The position numbers were made by a program, and so were the translations under genes. From Rickettsiales bacterium (GTDB taxonomy: Bacteria; Pseudomonadota; Alphaproteobacteria; Rickettsiales; JALZUV01): DNA of 64,000 bases. The notes under the pieces were generated by a model, which searched no databases, was not told the DNA's origin, and saw only the letters and a list, made by a program, of their open reading frames with translations. Positions 29,742 to 40,626 of this stretch are shown in pieces (positions within the stretch are counted from its first letter, which is position 1; the number at the start of each line of letters is the position of its first letter). The stretch spans positions 2,400 to 66,399 of the forward strand of contig JAQXAR010000009.1 of assembly GCA_029252805.1 (NCBI GenBank), given 5' to 3'.

Positions 29742-30710
29742 ATGGCAGGCACGATAAACTTTCTAGATAAAATTCCGCAAATTGCGAAGGGCACAAGAGT
29801 GCTTTCGCAACAGCAGATTTATGATGCCGATTTTACCCAAGCAGTGTTCGATGAAGCGCATGAGAAAGGGGTAGGGTTGGTACCAGAAGGCGTAGAACCA
29901 GGTGATGTACTCACTCAGTTCCAGTCCCCTCAAGATCTTAATCGAGTGATTGAGCAATATGGTCTGGACCGTCGAGCTATTAACGATAAAGCACAGATGT
30001 TTAGTCAAGGTTATCAGGCAAAGAATGCGCCCTATGTGATGGATACGCTCATGCATTTTGGCCATATAACGGCGGCAAAGAAAGATCCGCTATTGGGCGC
30101 GCAATTTGCCGCTCGCACTGCTGAAACGGTAAGGCAATTAAAGGCTGGAAAGGCAGAGCTAACGCTTGATGATGCGTTATCTCAAAGGGAACCTAGAAAG
30201 AATGAAGCCGGTTATTTACGCGCGTCTCAGTATATTGCGAATAACGCAAAAATGTTAGCCGCAGCGATTGCTGAGAATCCGTCTCTTAAGGATAATTCTG
30301 ATGTGGCTCGTGCGCTTACGGCATTAGAGTTGCTTTCAGCGCAGAGCTTTCAACGCTCGTCCGAAGCGGCAGAAGCCGCAGGGATGGGTTTAGCGGCTGA
30401 TGATATGCTGAAGCATAAAGCCGGACAAGAGCAGGGGTTTCCTATTTCAAGTTACGCTGCGACTTCGACTTTGATTGCTAAATTAGAAAATGGAATGAAT
30501 AAGGCGGTGTTAGAAGTTGCCAAGAAAGATCCCGCAAAGGGTAAGGCAATGGTGAACAAAATGGCTGTGAGCAAAGCAGAAATGCAGCAATTAGGCGTGT
30601 ATGGTACGTTGGTTTTGCCAGATGTGATGATGAAGAAAACGAAATTGAGTTTCGTCGAACAGGTCAATCAAAGCCGCAATGGTCCTGACAAAGGCGGCCC
30701 TCAGTTTTAA
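29742..30710 (+). CDS. hypothetical protein, 322 aa, predicted soluble and helical
   Basis: This is a long ORF with coding-like composition. I see no signal peptide, no TM segment and no motif I recognise. Confidence 0.6.
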   Translation: MAGTINFLDKIPQIAKGTRVLSQQQIYDADFTQAVFDEAHEKGVGLVPEGVEPGDVLTQFQSPQDLNRVIEQYGLDRRAINDKAQMFSQGYQAKNAPYVMDTLMHFGHITAAKKDPLLGAQFAARTAETVRQLKAGKAELTLDDALSQREPRKNEAGYLRASQYIANNAKMLAAAIAENPSLKDNSDVARALTALELLSAQSFQRSSEAAEAAGMGLAADDMLKHKAGQEQGFPISSYAATSTLIAKLENGMNKAVLEVAKKDPAKGKAMVNKMAVSKAEMQQLGVYGTLVLPDVMMKKTKLSFVEQVNQSRNGPDKGGPQF

Positions 30711-30799
30711 GAAGTGAGCCAGTAGGCAAACCAGCCATGAGCAAACGAAGTGTCGTCTATCGCGTCGGCCGTTAGGCCGAAGCGGGGGTAATCAAATAC

Positions 30800-30997
30800 T
30801 CATCCCCCACCAATAAAGCTCACAATTTCAACCACATCATTATCATTCAGCGCAGTCTCTGCATGCAGCGACTTTGGGATGATGGCCGCATTCACCTCAA
30901 CCGCAATGCCACGCGGTGGAGCGGAAATTTCGGCTAATAGTTCTGTAATGGTCATTGCCGTGACTGTTTTCTTTTCACCATTGAGAGTAATGTTCAT
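30800..30997 (-). CDS. thiS: ThiS-like ubiquitin-fold sulfur carrier protein
   Basis: The protein is 65 aa. It begins MNITLNGEKK and ends in GG. Confidence 0.75.
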   Translation of the reverse strand: MNITLNGEKKTVTAMTITELLAEISAPPRGIAVEVNAAIIPKSLHAETALNDNDVVEIVSFIGGG

Positions 30998-31037
30998 GTT
31001 TCTTGCCTTCTATTGCGCTGTAATCTATGGCTAGTGC

Positions 31038-31466
31038 ATGAGCAAAGCAAGCAGCATCCTTATTCTAAACGGTCCTAACTTAAACATGTTGGGTACGCGT
31101 GAGCCTGAAATTTATGGCGCGACCACGCTGGGTGAGATTGAAGCGATGTGTGTCGAAGCGGTTGGCTCGTCTTTGAGCATGGAATTTAAGCAAAGCAATG
31201 ATGAAGGTCAGCTCGTTACTTGGATTCAGCAATGCAAAGCCGATGCGCTTATCATCAATGCAGCGGCCTATACTCACACATCTGTCGCGATCCATGATGC
31301 GTTGAAAACCTATGCGGGTCGTATTATCGAGGTGCATATTAGCAACCCGCATGCGCGCGAAGAGTTCCGCCATGTGAGCCTGATTTCTGCACTATCAGAA
31401 TCGGTTATTTGCGGGCTTGGTGCGCGTGGCTACACCGTTGCGATTGAGCATGTGCTGGCTGCCTAA
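31038..31466 (+). CDS. aroQ: type II 3-dehydroquinate dehydratase
   Basis: The motifs ILNGPNLNMLGTREPEIYG and HISNPHAREEFRH are present. Confidence 0.93.
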   Translation: MSKASSILILNGPNLNMLGTREPEIYGATTLGEIEAMCVEAVGSSLSMEFKQSNDEGQLVTWIQQCKADALIINAAAYTHTSVAIHDALKTYAGRIIEVHISNPHAREEFRHVSLISALSESVICGLGARGYTVAIEHVLAA

Positions 31467-31490
31467 TGCTTTCGTTATTACCCGAACAAG

Positions 31491-32123
31491 TTGGGCAACG
31501 ACGGGTTAAAAAAGGAAGTGATTGAAAACATAACTCCTGAAATGCTGCTGAATGCTTACGCGCAGGGTTATTTCCCGATGGCACAGAGTGAAGATGATCC
31601 GGAGCTTATGTGGTTCAATCCTGATCCGCGCGCGCTTATACCATTAGACGGTGGTTTCCATATTTCTAGAACGAATAAAAAGCTCTTCCGGCAACATGAA
31701 TATCGACTTACCTTAAATCGAGATTTTCGCGGCGTGATGGAGCAATGTCGACGAGACCGTGACGGTTGTTGGATCTCAAATCGGATTATCGATTATTATA
31801 GCGAATTGCAGACACGAGGGTTTGCGCAGAGTTTGGAATGTTGGCAGGGCGAGCAGCTTGTCGGTGGAATCTATGGGGTTACGCTGGGTGCTGCTTTCTT
31901 TGGCGAGAGCATGTTTAGCCGCGTTTCTGGTGCAAGTACGATTGCGCTTATGGCGATGGTGAAGGCATTACGCGCTGCGGGCTATACGCTATTCGATGTG
32001 CAATATGTGAATGATCATATTGAGCAGTTTGGTATCATTGAGATAAGCCGTGAGCACTATTTAGAGCGATTAGATGTGGCGTTAGATGTGGCACCGAAGG
32101 AACTCAACATAAGCATCGGATAA
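31491..32123 (+). CDS. aat: leucyl/phenylalanyl-tRNA--protein transferase
   Basis: The motifs AYAQGYFPMA and GESMFS are present. The start is TTG as given in the ORF track. Confidence 0.88.
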   Translation: MGNDGLKKEVIENITPEMLLNAYAQGYFPMAQSEDDPELMWFNPDPRALIPLDGGFHISRTNKKLFRQHEYRLTLNRDFRGVMEQCRRDRDGCWISNRIIDYYSELQTRGFAQSLECWQGEQLVGGIYGVTLGAAFFGESMFSRVSGASTIALMAMVKALRAAGYTLFDVQYVNDHIEQFGIIEISREHYLERLDVALDVAPKELNISIG

Positions 32124-33587
32124 GGTTTGCTTACGTTTATCGAGTGTTTCGCCGCTAAGCGGTTTGATTGGACCAGATAGGCGCAATTTCGGGCGATCCT
32201 GCTCTAATCGGAGTTGAGTTTGCGGTAAGTTGCCGGGTGAACCACCTGAGAGCATATAGCCCAAGCGCATGGTCGTGCCAATTAAGAGCGCCCAGCTTTT
32301 CCATTTATCATCGAGCAAATCATAGCTGCTAAAGCCTTCTTCCATCGCCGTGCGATAGCGGAAGAAGAGTGCCGCAGCCAGTGCGACCCGTTCTTGATGC
32401 TTTAGCCCGCGAATGGAGGCTTGAAGCACATGGTGATACGCCCAAGAGCCACGGTTACGGCTTTGGATATTGAGCGCTAGGTGATTGAGCATACAGGCGG
32501 CCATTCGTACCCGGCGCATGGATTCGGTTTCATTATCGAGGAGCGGATTCATCCACTCGAACAGCTCACGCGCATAGCGCGCTTGTCCGGCAAAGCCGCG
32601 GCGTAGTACATCGCAACTGGATAGGAGAAGATCCTCATTGCGTAAATAGGGTGAGAGGTGACTAAAGAGCAAGCCTTCGCGAATACCTGTTGTGCTGAAA
32701 ACGATTTGTTTCACGCCGCTACGTTTGAGCAAGGCCAACATGATGCGTGCGGCTACGGGTAGTTGGTTTTGCCGTTTAGAGGCGATAGGTAAGCTACGGC
32801 AATCTTGTTCGCTATAGCCACTGATCTCTTCTAAGAGCGGCTTTAATTCATCGGTTGAGAGCGTGTAATTATGCAGCAAGTTCAGCGGATAATCGACACG
32901 CTTCATATAGATCTTAGCAAGTGCACGGAAGCTGCCGCCGACCGCATAAAGCGTTTCATATTTGCCTGAAATACCGTATAACCAATCATTTTGGTTTAGG
33001 TGTTTTGCGATTAATTCGTCGAGTAATTCTGATTTATTGCCCGCGCGGTCCATCAAGCGTAGCGAGCCCATAGGCTGCGAATCATGGTGTAGAATCTCTT
33101 GCCCTTCGAGTGCTGTGAGCTCCAAACTACCGCCGCCTAAATCGGCCACTAACCCTTGCGCCTCATGATGGCTGGAGGCGATTCCCATGGCTGCATATTT
33201 GGCTTCGCGCTTGCCGGAAATAATATCGATCTTAATCTTATGGCTGCGTTCCAGTTCTTTGACGAAGGCTTTACCATCATCTGCGTCACGCACCGCTGCC
33301 GTGGCAATCACGTGCAGTTCAGCCACTTTATTGAGCCTCGCCGTTGCCAATAGCCGCGCAATCGCTTGACGTGCCATCGTCACGCCTTCGGGGTTTAGGC
33401 GGTTGGTGCTGTTAATGCCCTTGCCCAAAGTACAGAAAGCTTTTTCGTTATAAACCGGTAGTGGAACCCGTTTCATGCCGTCGTAAATCACCAAACGAAT
33501 CGAGTTCGAGCCGATATCAATCACCCCAACACGGCTTTCACGTTGGCCGCCAAAGGCGAGTTGATCCAATAGTGGGTCATGCTGCAT
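32082..33587 (-). CDS. ppx: exopolyphosphatase / guanosine pentaphosphate phosphohydrolase family protein
   Basis: ASKHA-fold motifs VIDIGSNSIRLV and DLGGGSLEL are present. I chose the start at MQHDPLL (33587); the track start at 33653 remains possible. Confidence 0.85.
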   Translation of the reverse strand: MQHDPLLDQLAFGGQRESRVGVIDIGSNSIRLVIYDGMKRVPLPVYNEKAFCTLGKGINSTNRLNPEGVTMARQAIARLLATARLNKVAELHVIATAAVRDADDGKAFVKELERSHKIKIDIISGKREAKYAAMGIASSHHEAQGLVADLGGGSLELTALEGQEILHHDSQPMGSLRLMDRAGNKSELLDELIAKHLNQNDWLYGISGKYETLYAVGGSFRALAKIYMKRVDYPLNLLHNYTLSTDELKPLLEEISGYSEQDCRSLPIASKRQNQLPVAARIMLALLKRSGVKQIVFSTTGIREGLLFSHLSPYLRNEDLLLSSCDVLRRGFAGQARYARELFEWMNPLLDNETESMRRVRMAACMLNHLALNIQSRNRGSWAYHHVLQASIRGLKHQERVALAAALFFRYRTAMEEGFSSYDLLDDKWKSWALLIGTTMRLGYMLSGGSPGNLPQTQLRLEQDRPKLRLSGPIKPLSGETLDKRKQTLSDAYVEFLRCHI

Positions 33588-33677
33588 ACTCTCTCTAAAA
33601 ACATAAAAACCTGTTAAGATAAAGCAGAAACTCAAGCTATTTCTTTTTTCCAAACAATAGGCTAGTTTGCGTCCCTT

Positions 33678-34943
33678 ATGAGCAAGCCCTTACATTTCGA
33701 AACTCAATTAGTCCATGGCGTATCTGAAGAAGACGGCCAACGTGCAACACAGCCGCCGATTTATCAGACGGTTAGCTTTAGTTTTCCGGATTTCCAAACG
33801 GCGGTGGATCGTTTTGAGATGAAGGCAAGCGGCGCGACTTACACGCGGTCAGGCAATCCCACGGTGGATACTTTGGCGACCAAGCTTGCGCAGTTAGAAG
33901 GCGGCATTGGCGGCGTAGTCACATCTTCCGGCCATGCGGCGCAGCTTGTGGCACTCTTGCCGCTTATGTCTCCTGGCGATCATATTGTCGGGGCGAGTCA
34001 GCTTTATGGCGGCTCGACTAATCAGTTTAATCACGTCTTTCCACAGCATTTCGGATGGACGGCGAGTCTCGCCGATGCGGGCAATGCCGATGCGGTGGAA
34101 GCCGCTATAACCGAACGCACTCGTGCGATTTTTATCGAGAGTATCAGTAACCCCAGCGGCGCCGTTAGCGATATGGAAGCGGTTGCACGCGTGGCAGAGG
34201 CTCACCACATTCCGCTCATTGTTGATAATACGATGGCCTCGCCTTATCTGTGCCGCCCATTTGACCATGGCGCGCATATTATCACTCATTCAACCACGAA
34301 GTACCTAACCGGCACAGGCACCGCGATTGGTGGCGCAGTGATTGACTCTGGCACGTTTGATTGGGGCAAGGATGATCATTTTCCCGCGCTGACTCAGCCC
34401 AATGCCGCTTGCACCGATATTGTGCTGCACGAGCATTTTAAAGAGCTGGCCTATCTCGCACATTGTAAAGCGATCGGTATCCGCGATATTGGTGCCTGCC
34501 AACAGCCGATGAATGCCTTCATGACCTTGGTAGGGTTAGAGACACTTAGCTTAAGAATGCAAAAGCATGTTGATAACGCGAAGATAGTAGCGGAGTGGCT
34601 CTCTCAGCACCGACAAGCAGGCGCTGTTAGTCGTCCAATAGATGCTGAGGTGAGCAAATATCTTCCTCATGGTGCGGGAGCCGTTTTCACCTTCGATATT
34701 AAAGATGGTGATAGAGCCATCTGCGGTAAGTTTATCGAGTCGCTGAAGCTCCTGCAACATGTCGTCAATATCGGTGATACAAGAAGCCTCATCGTCCATC
34801 CCGCCAGCACCACGCATAAGCAGATATCGCCTGAGTTACGCACCCAGAGTGGTATTAGCGAGGCATCCTTGCGCCTATCCATCGGCATAGAGCATCCAGA
34901 AGATATCATCGCGGATTTGGCGCAGGGCTTTCAGGCTTTATAA
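33678..34943 (+). CDS. O-acetylhomoserine/O-succinylhomoserine sulfhydrylase-type PLP enzyme
   Basis: This belongs to the Cys/Met-metabolism PLP family. The PLP lysine lies in HSTTKYLTG and the N-terminus contains PPIYQTVSFSF. Confidence 0.85.
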   Translation: MSKPLHFETQLVHGVSEEDGQRATQPPIYQTVSFSFPDFQTAVDRFEMKASGATYTRSGNPTVDTLATKLAQLEGGIGGVVTSSGHAAQLVALLPLMSPGDHIVGASQLYGGSTNQFNHVFPQHFGWTASLADAGNADAVEAAITERTRAIFIESISNPSGAVSDMEAVARVAEAHHIPLIVDNTMASPYLCRPFDHGAHIITHSTTKYLTGTGTAIGGAVIDSGTFDWGKDDHFPALTQPNAACTDIVLHEHFKELAYLAHCKAIGIRDIGACQQPMNAFMTLVGLETLSLRMQKHVDNAKIVAEWLSQHRQAGAVSRPIDAEVSKYLPHGAGAVFTFDIKDGDRAICGKFIESLKLLQHVVNIGDTRSLIVHPASTTHKQISPELRTQSGISEASLRLSIGIEHPEDIIADLAQGFQAL

Positions 34944-34974
34944 TTTTTTAATAAATTTCTGTTAATCTGCGTCA

Positions 34975-35871
34975 ATGGCGAATGCACCGGATAAAAATTT
35001 AAAGATATCGTTTTGTACGACAGTGATGAATCGCGGGTATCATTTGGTGCAAACCTTGCCACAAAATTTAGCGAATAATGCTGATCACCCCAATACCGAG
35101 TTCGTGATTCTAGATTATGGCGATAGTGACGGCATACCTCCGCTAAAAGAAAATAAAGTAACGAGTAAGTTAGAGGTGGATTTAAAGGCGCCAAAAGAAA
35201 AATGGAAGTCGATCAAGAGTTGGCTGATTGATGAATTTTCCAAAGAGATTAAATCTGGCAAGATAAAATATGTTCGCACTGAGCAAGAACATTTCCGCAT
35301 GTCTCATGCGAAAAATATGGTACATCGTTGTGCCTCTGATGATAGCGATGTGCTAGTCAATTTAGATGCGGATAATATTTTACCTATTGATCCCGAAACA
35401 AGCTTAAGTTTTGCTGGTTGGCTTAATCAGAAATATTCTCAATCGATCGACCAAGTCGTTAAAGCGACGGTAAAAGACAAGGTGTATGCAAAGTTTCAGG
35501 GGCAGTCGACAGACGGATTTACTGGGCGCATCGCTGTTCACCCATCACATTTTAGAGAGCTTCATGGTTATGATGAGAATCTAAATGCATGGGGAGGAGA
35601 TGATCATGATTTTGAAGCTAGAGCCAATGCTTTAAATCTTCCGACACTTGCCCTTCCGAGAGCATATTATGGGGAAGTTTTGCCTCACTCCAAAGAGTCG
35701 CGTTATAAGCATATGGCGCCAACGGATGTTGCAAAATCGATCGAAAATTTGAAGAAGAAGGGCGGCATTATGAGAAAAATGAAGGTGGCTGCACAACTCT
35801 TAAATATCCGACAAGAGAAAGACTTCGTCAAAGCGGCTAATAAGGGGGGGATTTCGGCTGTGGTGAAGTGA
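34975..35871 (+). CDS. putative glycosyltransferase (GT2/GT7-like fold); annotated stop may be a frameshift artefact
   Basis: The motifs ISFCTTVMNR...EFVILDYGDSDG, NLDADN and GYDENLNAWGGDDHDFEARA are present. Composition is AT-rich. A G7 tract lies at 35844-35850. Confidence 0.6.
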   Translation: MANAPDKNLKISFCTTVMNRGYHLVQTLPQNLANNADHPNTEFVILDYGDSDGIPPLKENKVTSKLEVDLKAPKEKWKSIKSWLIDEFSKEIKSGKIKYVRTEQEHFRMSHAKNMVHRCASDDSDVLVNLDADNILPIDPETSLSFAGWLNQKYSQSIDQVVKATVKDKVYAKFQGQSTDGFTGRIAVHPSHFRELHGYDENLNAWGGDDHDFEARANALNLPTLALPRAYYGEVLPHSKESRYKHMAPTDVAKSIENLKKKGGIMRKMKVAAQLLNIRQEKDFVKAANKGGISAVVK

Positions 35872-35993
35872 CTGTATTAAAGCCAGACTTTACGGAAGAA
35901 AAAGATAATCTTCAGCCCATGCACCACCCTAAATGGGTCGATTTCTATAGTAAAGGTAAGGCTAATCCGGGTATGGGGATGGGCTGAAGACAT

Positions 35994-36024
35994 AAAAAAG
36001 GCCAAGATCTCTCCCGGCCTTTTT
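35994..36024. terminator. bidirectional terminator between the glycosyltransferase-like gene and atpD
   Basis: The sequence is AAAAAAGGCC-12 nt loop-GGCCTTTTT. The stem is short, so confidence is moderate. Confidence 0.5.
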
Positions 36025-36044
36025 CATTTAATTCTCGACAAAAA

Positions 36045-38385
<2,341 letters not shown>

Positions 38386-38391
38386 CGAGTG

Positions 38392-39924
38392 CTACTCCTT
38401 GAAACGGCTTGCTACGTCAGAGCATAGCTTAGCAAGTTTCTTTTCAGTGCCGTCTGTTAGTTTTGACTCTTTCGTAATATCTTCGAGGATATCGCTTGAA
38501 CCGCCATCTAGCTCACGCAGTAGCGCTTCTTCAAAATCACGCACTTTGTTCACAGGAACTTCATCGAGATGACCTTTTACACCCGCGAAGATAACGCCGA
38601 CTTGTTGTGGCGTTGAAAGCGGAGAGAATTGAGGCTGCTTGAGGAGTTCAGTTAGGCGAGCGCCACGTGCAAGAAGCTTCTGAGTCGCGACATCGAGGTC
38701 AGAACCAAACTGTGCGAATGCTTCCATCTCACGATATTGTGCAAGCTCAAGTTTGATTGAACCCGCCACTTGCTTCATCGCTTTAATCTGTGCGGCAGAA
38801 CCTACACGAGATACTGATAGACCCACATTTACCGCTGGACGAACCCCTTTATAGAAGAGCTCAGTCTCTAGGAAAATCTGACCATCGGTAATCGAAATTA
38901 CGTTTGTCGGAATGTAAGCAGATACGTCACCAGCCTGTGTTTCGATGACTGGCAATGCCGTCATTGAACCACCGCCCAAAGCATCAGACATTTTTGCTGA
39001 ACGCTCTAACAGGCGGCTGTGAAGATAGAATACGTCACCCGGATAGGCTTCACGTCCTGGAGGGCGGCGAAGTAGAAGTGACATTTGACGATAGGCAACG
39101 GCTTGCTTTGAAAGATCATCATAAATGATTAAGCTATGCATGCCATTATCGCGGAAATACTCAGCCATCGCGCAACCTGTGTAAGGGGCGAGGAACTGTA
39201 GAGGGGCTGCTTCAGAGGCCGTTGCAGCAACCACGATAGAATAATCCATCGCGCCTTGCTCTTCGAGCTTCTTAACAACCTGTGCAACGGTTGAACGTTT
39301 TTGGCCAATCACGACATAGACGCAGTAAAGTTGGTTCGCTTCGTCACCTGCATCGAAGGCTTTTTTCTGGTTGAGAATCGTATCAACTGCGATCGCTGTT
39401 TTACCGGTTTGACGGTCACCAATGATCAACTCACGTTGGCCACGGCCTACAGGGATCAATGAATCAATCGCTTTAATACCGGTGCTCATCGGTTCATGTA
39501 CCGATTTACGCGCGATAATGCCGGGAGCTTTCACTTCAACACGGCTAGATTTTTTCGCTTTGATTGGGCCTTTGCCATCAATTGGGTTGCCAAGCGCATC
39601 AACGACGCGGCCGAGCAGTTCTTTACCAACCGGTACTTCAACAATTTTGCCAGTACGTTTAACAATGTCGCCTTCTTTAACCGAGCGATCATCACCGAAA
39701 ATTACGACACCTACAACATCACGCTCTAGGTTAAGTACCATGCCTTTAGTACCGTCAGCGAATTCTACCATCTCGTTTGCTTGCACATCTTGCAGGCCAT
39801 AAATGGTAGCAATACCATCACCTACTTTAACAACTTCACCTACTTCAGCCATTTCAGCTGCAGTATCAAAGCCTGAGATTTGCTTCTTCAAGATATCTGA
39901 GATTTCAGAAGGACGAATTTCCAT
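38392..39924 (-). CDS. atpA: F1 ATP synthase alpha subunit
   Basis: The P-loop is GDRQTGKT. Length is 510 aa. Confidence 0.97.
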   Translation of the reverse strand: MEIRPSEISDILKKQISGFDTAAEMAEVGEVVKVGDGIATIYGLQDVQANEMVEFADGTKGMVLNLERDVVGVVIFGDDRSVKEGDIVKRTGKIVEVPVGKELLGRVVDALGNPIDGKGPIKAKKSSRVEVKAPGIIARKSVHEPMSTGIKAIDSLIPVGRGQRELIIGDRQTGKTAIAVDTILNQKKAFDAGDEANQLYCVYVVIGQKRSTVAQVVKKLEEQGAMDYSIVVAATASEAAPLQFLAPYTGCAMAEYFRDNGMHSLIIYDDLSKQAVAYRQMSLLLRRPPGREAYPGDVFYLHSRLLERSAKMSDALGGGSMTALPVIETQAGDVSAYIPTNVISITDGQIFLETELFYKGVRPAVNVGLSVSRVGSAAQIKAMKQVAGSIKLELAQYREMEAFAQFGSDLDVATQKLLARGARLTELLKQPQFSPLSTPQQVGVIFAGVKGHLDEVPVNKVRDFEEALLRELDGGSSDILEDITKESKLTDGTEKKLAKLCSDVASRFKE

Positions 39925-39941
39925 GATTAATTCCTTATCCG

Positions 39942-40511
39942 TTAAACGATTTGCTGGATGCCAGCATTTAAATGAGTTGTTACGCGCTGCAGGCGACCTG
40001 CAACAGAAGCGTCAATGAGTTGGCCATCTACACGGATACGTAATCCGCCCAGAAGGTTCTCATTTACGTGAATTTCGAGAGCTACTTTTTTGCCAAAATG
40101 ATCTTTCAGCATTTTTTCGAGCTTAGTTTGTTGAGCTTTTTTCATCGGGACAGCCGAAGTGACTTCCGCCACAAGCTCATCATTTTTTTCGTGCATGCGG
40201 CGCGCAAATTCGCTCACAATACCGGGTAACACATCCATACGGCCATTGGTGGCCAGGGTGTTGAGGAAATTTACGAGAAGGGGCGATGCTTTCGCCTTCT
40301 TCAGGACGGCTGCGATGGCGCTATTGCGTTCTTGCGTGCCAATTGTGGGGTCGCCACATAGACGCGCGAAGTCATCAGACTCGCCAAAGAGTGCACCTAA
40401 GCCCTCAAGCTCTGCAGCAAGGGGCTTTAATTTCTTTTGGTCTTCAGCTAACTCGAACAACGCTGTGGTATAGCGTTGTGCAATAGCGTGAGAATCAGAA
40501 TTTTTAGACAT
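39942..40511 (-). CDS. atpH: F1 ATP synthase delta (OSCP) subunit
   Basis: The protein is 189 aa and begins with an OSCP-like segment ([12 protein letters not shown]). It heads the atpAGD series. Confidence 0.9.
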   Translation of the reverse strand: MSKNSDSHAIAQRYTTALFELAEDQKKLKPLAAELEGLGALFGESDDFARLCGDPTIGTQERNSAIAAVLKKAKASPLLVNFLNTLATNGRMDVLPGIVSEFARRMHEKNDELVAEVTSAVPMKKAQQTKLEKMLKDHFGKKVALEIHVNENLLGGLRIRVDGQLIDASVAGRLQRVTTHLNAGIQQIV

Positions 40512-40626
40512 AAATATAAATACTTAAACAATCGTTATCCTGCGCAATCGTGAAAACATATCCACAACCACGCGCGTTAATTAGCATAGTGATGCTAGCA
40601 GGGCAATAGCTAAGCCCTACAAAAAG

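Noticed and set aside
30998-31037. I considered a TPP riboswitch upstream of thiS.
   Set aside because: The divergent spacer is only 40 nt, too short for a THI-box aptamer.
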